Assembly: GCA_043228905.1 (NCBI GenBank)
Contig: JBHGNT010000011.1
Coordinates: 4,898,001-4,962,000 of the forward strand
DNA: 64,000 nt
Reading direction: 5' to 3'
DNA from: Azolla caroliniana
Lineage: Eukaryota; Plantae; Polypodiophyta
A program made the position numbers and the translations under genes. Position 1 is the stretch's first letter. Each line of letters starts with the position of its first letter. Below are positions 58,801-64,000 of this stretch, in pieces. Under the pieces are notes generated by a model. It had not been told where the DNA came from, made no database searches, and saw only the letters and a list, made by a program, of their open reading frames with translations.

Positions 58801-61445
58801 CTTGGGTAATTTTGCATGCGCCAGCATACTCCGAACCCTCTCCATTATGGTCCGGTTCATCCTCTCGGCCAGCCTGTTTAGTTCCAGCATCTTCGGCACG
58901 GTAAATTCGAGCTGGATTCCCTTCGAGTGACAGTACTCCTCGAACTGCCCCCGGTATTCACCTCCGTTATCTGCTCGAACCGCCTTCAGCTTCCGGCCGG
59001 TTTCTCTTTCCACTCTCGCGTGGAGCTCTTTGAAGACGGATAGCACCTGATCCTTTGTCTTCAACGGTGTGGCCCACAGCTTCTGGTTGTGGTCATCTAT
59101 GAACGTCACGAAGTACTGTGATCCGGCATGTGACTTCGTGTCCACTTGACACACATCAGTATGCACCAACTCCAGTGGTGCATTACGTCTCATCAATGGC
59201 CTCAATCGGAAGGAGGTCCGGTTTTGTTTACCGGCCAGCCAATCAGTGCACTTCTCCAAGTGCACGTTCTTCACTAGAATGAGGTTGTCGTCTGCAAGCC
59301 TCTTCATCCCCTTCTCACTCATGTGACACAGCCTCTTGTGCCACAGCTCACCGGCAGTGTCAGATGCCACGTTCACTTCTTCCAGGCATAACCAGGCATT
59401 CATCAGGTACAGGGTGTTGACCTTCCGGGCCCGAGCCACAATCAGGCTCCCTTTGCTGAACTTCATAACACCATTCCGGATGTTACCCGTGTAGCCTTCA
59501 TCATCTACCCGACCGGCTGATATCAGGTTCAGACGAACCTCCGGAACATGTCGGACATCCTTTAGTAGCAACTTGCATCCGGTTAGTGTTGTCAACCACA
59601 TGTCTCATGTGCCGACAATTCGGCATGTACCTTCATTCCCCATCCGGGCACAACCGTGATCACCGGCTGAGTAGGATGAGAAGCATTTCCAATCCGGGGT
59701 AAGGTGGAACGACGCTCCGGAGTCGACTACCCAAGTCATCTCGTCCCTGGCAAGGTTTTGCTCACTCTCCTCGGTGATGAGCATCAACTCTTCTTCACTT
59801 GCCGTGATTGCCATCGTTCCCTTCCGGTCAGGCCCCCTCCGGTCTTTACCGTTCCGGTCCGGGGTTTGCTTCGAATCGGTACCGTCGGTTTCCTTGTCTT
59901 TACGGAAATTTCGACAGTTCTTTTGGAAGTGTCCCGGCTTGCCGCAATAGAAGCAGGTACGCCTCCCCCTTGACTTTGACCATGTCCCCGACTTCTCCCG
60001 GTTCTGGGGACTACGGTTTCTATGTCTTCCGCGTTCCGATTCGGTAAGAAGCGCTTTGGAGTCGGAGCTCGTATCTTTTTCTTTCCGACGCGCCTCCTCA
60101 TCTAGCAAGCTCGACTTTACTCTTGCTAGGGATAACCGTTTTCCTTCCGGCCCGGCGTTGCCCAAAGTGACAACCAACGTCTCCCAGCTATCCGGGAGGG
60201 AACCGAGCAGGAGTAGCACTAATACCTCATCAGCAAGAGGTAATTCCAATGATTTTTCCTGGTGGATCAGCCCCTGGAAGGCATTCATGTGCTCCGCCAT
60301 GCTGGAGCCATCTTGGTGCTAGAGTCTTACTAGCTTCCGAAATACCGAAACCTGATTAACAGCATTTTTGTTCTGAAACATAATGCCGATCTTCTCCCAG
60401 AGCTCATGAGCCTTGCTCTCTTCATTGAAGTTGTTGTATAGACTCATGTTGATGTAGCACCGTATGTACGCCATTGTCTTCATGTGCATCACCTCCCATA
60501 TCGTGGCATCGATTTTGTCCAGTCTCTTGTCCCCGAACTGAACCGGCAACCAAAGATCTTTAACCACGAACATGTCCCTCATCTTCGACTTCCATGCCGA
60601 ATAGTTGGAGCCGGTGAGCTTGAACATGCCTCCCAACGAATCGTCCATTTTTCTGTGTCGTTTCACTCTGATACCAGTTTGATAAGAATACGCTTCTCTA
60701 AGCTATGCTCGGCCACAACCGAGACGTCGAATCAATCACAAAAAACAGGGATGTGGAGAGATGTATCTACACACGAAACAGTAGAGAAGAGAGTGCATTG
60801 GATGTTAACGTGGAAAAACCAAATATGGGAAAAACCACGGCAGCCCTCATAACTGCAAAATATCACTATATCAAGATTACAACAATGGGGCACAGAGGCA
60901 ACGACCTCTTGCTCCCTCGCTTCGCCACCAGGTGGATACAACAGAGGCAACAACCTCTTCCTCTCTTGTCCTCTCTCTCTCTCTTTGTGTACACAGTTAC
61001 GCACAGAATTATCACGACAACGATAATCACACAACACAACTACTATATCATGTTTGCCCTAGGTCATATTTATACTAATATGACTTTCGGGCTATTTACA
61101 AATATAGCCCCAATGGGCTCTCTGGAACATATTTATATATATGTCCCTTCCATCCGATGAGAGGTTCTCACCGGGCCTGCAACAGCCGGTTCTTATAGGG
61201 CCTTCGTTGCCGGGGACTCCACATCCGGTTCTCACCGGGTCTTCCGTTGTCGGGGACTCCACATCCGATTCTCACCGGGTCTTCCGTTGCCGGGGACTCC
61301 ACATCCGGTTCTCACCGGGTCTTCCGTTGTCGGGTCTCCACATCCGATTCTCACCAGGTCTACAACATCTGGATTCGGCCTCGGCCGAGTTGCTTATCAA
61401 CACAGTTCTTCTCACTTCCCATCCGGACAGACCTGTTTCCTAACA
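55897..61445 (-). mobile_element. Copia-L: Tnt1/Tto1-like element inserted in the Gypsy-M LTR
   Basis: LTRs 55897-56620 and 60680-61445; TSD CAAGA at 55892-55896 and 61446-61450; PBS rc 60665-60676; PPT rc after 56620. Confidence 0.95.
56631..60648 (-). pseudogene. gag-pol: Copia-L gag-pol pseudogene
   Basis: ORF pieces homologous to Copia-I (MDDSLGGMFKLTGSNY.., YVDD), with stops and frameshifts. Confidence 0.92.
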
Positions 61446-61724
61446 CAAGAAAGAGAAGAGTGATTACCTTGTGAGACACAGCTCGAAGGTTCAACGATGC
61501 TCGCAATCATTTTGTAAGTCATTCATCAAATAATTATAAGTTTCTTTCATTCCTTCAAATATCATTCTATATCCCATCTTGTCATATATTTTTTATCTCT
61601 ATTTACTCTATCTCTACTCTTTCATCTCTTCCGTCCATAATCCCAATGATTCCTTCCTCACTTTCACGATATCTTTTGTCTACGCAACGGTACGCTTCTA
61701 GGCGAGCCACGCCACGACACAATT

Positions 61725-61742
61725 TGGTGAACCCGGCGTGAA
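61725..61742 (+). promoter_or_regulatory. Primer binding site, tRNA-Trp type
   Basis: TGGTGAACCCGGCGTGAA; 17/18 complementary to the plant tRNA-Trp 3' end as recalled (TTCACGTCGGGTTCACCA), and the remaining position can form G:U. Confidence 0.75.
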
Positions 61743-61786
61743 ATGGGGAAGTAGAAGAGACATCTAAAGTAAAGATCAACATCAAC

Positions 61787-63959
61787 ATGGCAAGTACAAG
61801 TACAATGGATCCGGTAAGGTTATTTATTGAAAAATTGAATCAAGATCAATTATTTCATGCCTTACGAGAAGTCTGAGAGAAGATTGGTGTGTTTGATGGC
61901 ACAAATATCTCAAAGTATGTGAATATATATTATGATGAAATAGAAATGTTTGGTGTGAATGATGTCAATATGATAGCAAACTTTTATAAATTAGTGGAAA
62001 TGAAATTAAGAGATAGAATTCGTGAAATACAAGCATTGCATAGTTTGGATTGGAATGCATTCAAAGAAGTGCTTGTGTCTGAATATTCTCGTGAAGATTT
62101 CTCTCGAGTTACTATGCGTTCATTTCATGAATGGATCTTAAAAGAAGATAAAGGGTTATCTATGGCTGACACAAAAAAAGAGTTTGATAGGATGTATGGA
62201 CACTTAAAGCCAGAAGAAAGAAATTCTTTTTCTTGGCAAAAGGTTGCTTTATTTTTGCAGGCAATTGACAAGAGATATAGAAAAGAATTGGAATTTATGC
62301 TTGAAGTGCCAAATACCGAGGATGATATAACGGTAGATTGGAATGAGGTAACAAATGCTTGTAATAAATTTATGAAAAGAATGCAAAGGAATGGTGTAAT
62401 GCTACAAATACCACATGTGGGAATCATGAATCGGCTTGATCAAATCATCAAAGTTCAAAGACATGGTCGAGAACCATCACACGAAATGGTGCATCAACCA
62501 CGCGAAATGATCGGAACTAAGAGTGAGTCTTTTGTTGATGATTTAGCTCAAAGTATGAAAGATCTAACAATTAAAGTGGCAAAGCTTGAGAATGGTCAGA
62601 CTTCAAAGCCAAGGGAACCATTTCGACTCCAATGCATGTGGTGAGATTGTCTCGAACATCGTCTACGTGATTATGAAGAATATAAACACATGGAAAATCG
62701 AAACTTGGTGTATTGGAAAAATGGTAACATTTATTTAACTGAAAGTAGAAGTCCACTTACAAAGAACTTTGGTGATGGTGGTGTTAAGGTTAAATTTGAA
62801 GAAGCTGAAGCAAAGAAGGCTTCCGCAATGTACTACTCGGCAACGGCAAGAATGCGCCTCGATGACATGCCATCCTGATCATCATTTTGGGAGAAGGTTG
62901 TAAGTACCGCACAAAAGCAAAAGATGAAGATGGAAGACCTTCGTGTTGCCGGAGATTTTGTAAGGAAAAACACTGGATGGGATGTTCCAGTTGATGCTAT
63001 GACGATCTATGCTCAAATGGCAGAACACCAAGAGCATGAGGTGATAGTGGAAGAAAAAAGCAAACGGCCGAATGATGAGATTGGCTCAACAAAAAAGCAT
63101 GAGACAAGAGAAAGCAAAAGAAAAGAGATGGACGCAAAAGTCGAAAAAGGTAAATCTGGTCCTTCATTCAAATTAATGTCTGATATTGAAAAAGATACAG
63201 ATTTAAAGAGTGTTTTAGAAACAAAAATACTAGACAGTCGAGTAGAATTTACACTAAGAGAAGTGTTAGGTATTGCAAAAAAGGAATTTCATGATGAAAT
63301 AATTGATATTGTGCGAAGAAAGAAGCAAATTAATGAGCAGGTTAAAGAGACAAATCCGAAGGTAGCATATGAAGTGGTGAGCAACGAGTCAAACAATATG
63401 TTGTTGACTCTCAACATGCATCAACCTCCATGATAAGTTCAACAGATGCAAGAAGCCATTACTCTCACAAATGTTGGGAAAGAGCCACTACTGAGCATCA
63501 TGTGAAGATTGGAAATGTTCCAGACCCTATGATGACAGTTATTGATCATGGTTCTGAAATAAATATAATGAGTGCTGATTTTTACAAGAAAGGTAGATGG
63601 CCAATTGTTACTCAACATGGTTGTCGAGTAAAAGCTGCCACATCAGTCACGGAAGATTTATTTGGTGCATGCCCAAATGTAAAGGTTACTATTGGTGATA
63701 TAGAGGTAGATCAACATTTCTTTGTGCAAGAAGGATCTACCTATCAATAATCTTGGGGCAACCATACATTACAGCGGTACGGATGGAGACCAAAGTCCTC
63801 GACAATGGTTCTGCCTATGCGAAAATCCATAGCCAAGATGGACGACGAACTGTACAATTTATGACAGTTCGCCCAAATCATGAGAGGAACAAGCAAGAGC
63901 TTCATGTTCATTCAATACCAAAAGACTGTGATGTTTTTGATAATCGGGTTTTTTATTAG
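61787..63959 (+). pseudogene. Gypsy-M gag-protease pseudogene
   Basis: FDGTNISKY..W..FKEVL (gag), degenerate CCHC CMW*DCLEH, protease VIDHGSEINIM..LGQPY; several stops. Confidence 0.8.
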
Positions 63960-64000
63960 GACTGTTGCGAGTGAGGGTTACAATAGTCCCATTATTAAAA

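Larger units (their letters stand above)
55114..64000 (+). mobile_element. Gypsy-M: tRNA-Trp-primed Ty3/Gypsy element (5' LTR split by Copia-L; runs off the window)
   Basis: LTR TGTCATG (55114)..CACGACA (61719), about 1.05 kb without L; PBS 61725-61742; gag and protease downstream. Confidence 0.8.

Overview
No host gene is recognisable. The window is a nested stack of retrotransposons from a plant genome, probably a non-seed plant such as a fern or lycophyte (inferred from the element types). Boundaries were set from TG..CA termini, PBS/PPT motifs and target-site duplications (TSDs). The oldest layer is a + strand LINE (APE endonuclease, RT, C-terminal Cys/His motif, microsatellite tail; RTE/RTEX-like) in five pieces between 29458 and 51204. 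Copia-A (minus, <1-~29457) sits in the LINE and is split by Copia-B (418-13841) and by a non-coding LTR element D (14123-28392). Copia-B contains an intact, very young chromovirus Gypsy-C (1018-8213) and a solo LTR S (9246-9892). D contains two young Tnt1/Tto1-like Copias: E (15775-21131, one nonsense mutation) and F (21504-27188, intact ORF). The LINE is also interrupted by Copia-G (30007-35288), H (36019-39920), I (39984-45705) and J (45925-50498). After the LINE tail, Copia-K (from ~51225) is interrupted by a tRNA-Trp-primed Gypsy-M (55114->64000), whose 5' LTR is split by Copia-L (55897-61445). The most unusual signals are four. (1) Four tRNA-like Pol III A/B-box modules with tRNA spacing lie inside the LTRs of the Trp-primed Gypsy lineage. 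(2) Stem-loops enclose the PPT in two Copia families, with compensatory changes in one. (3) CCGG-palindrome arrays and element-wide CCGG enrichment occur in the Tnt1-like Copias. (4) Element D has an inverted copy of its LTR end where a PPT should be. All counts and comparisons were made by eye; no database search was run.
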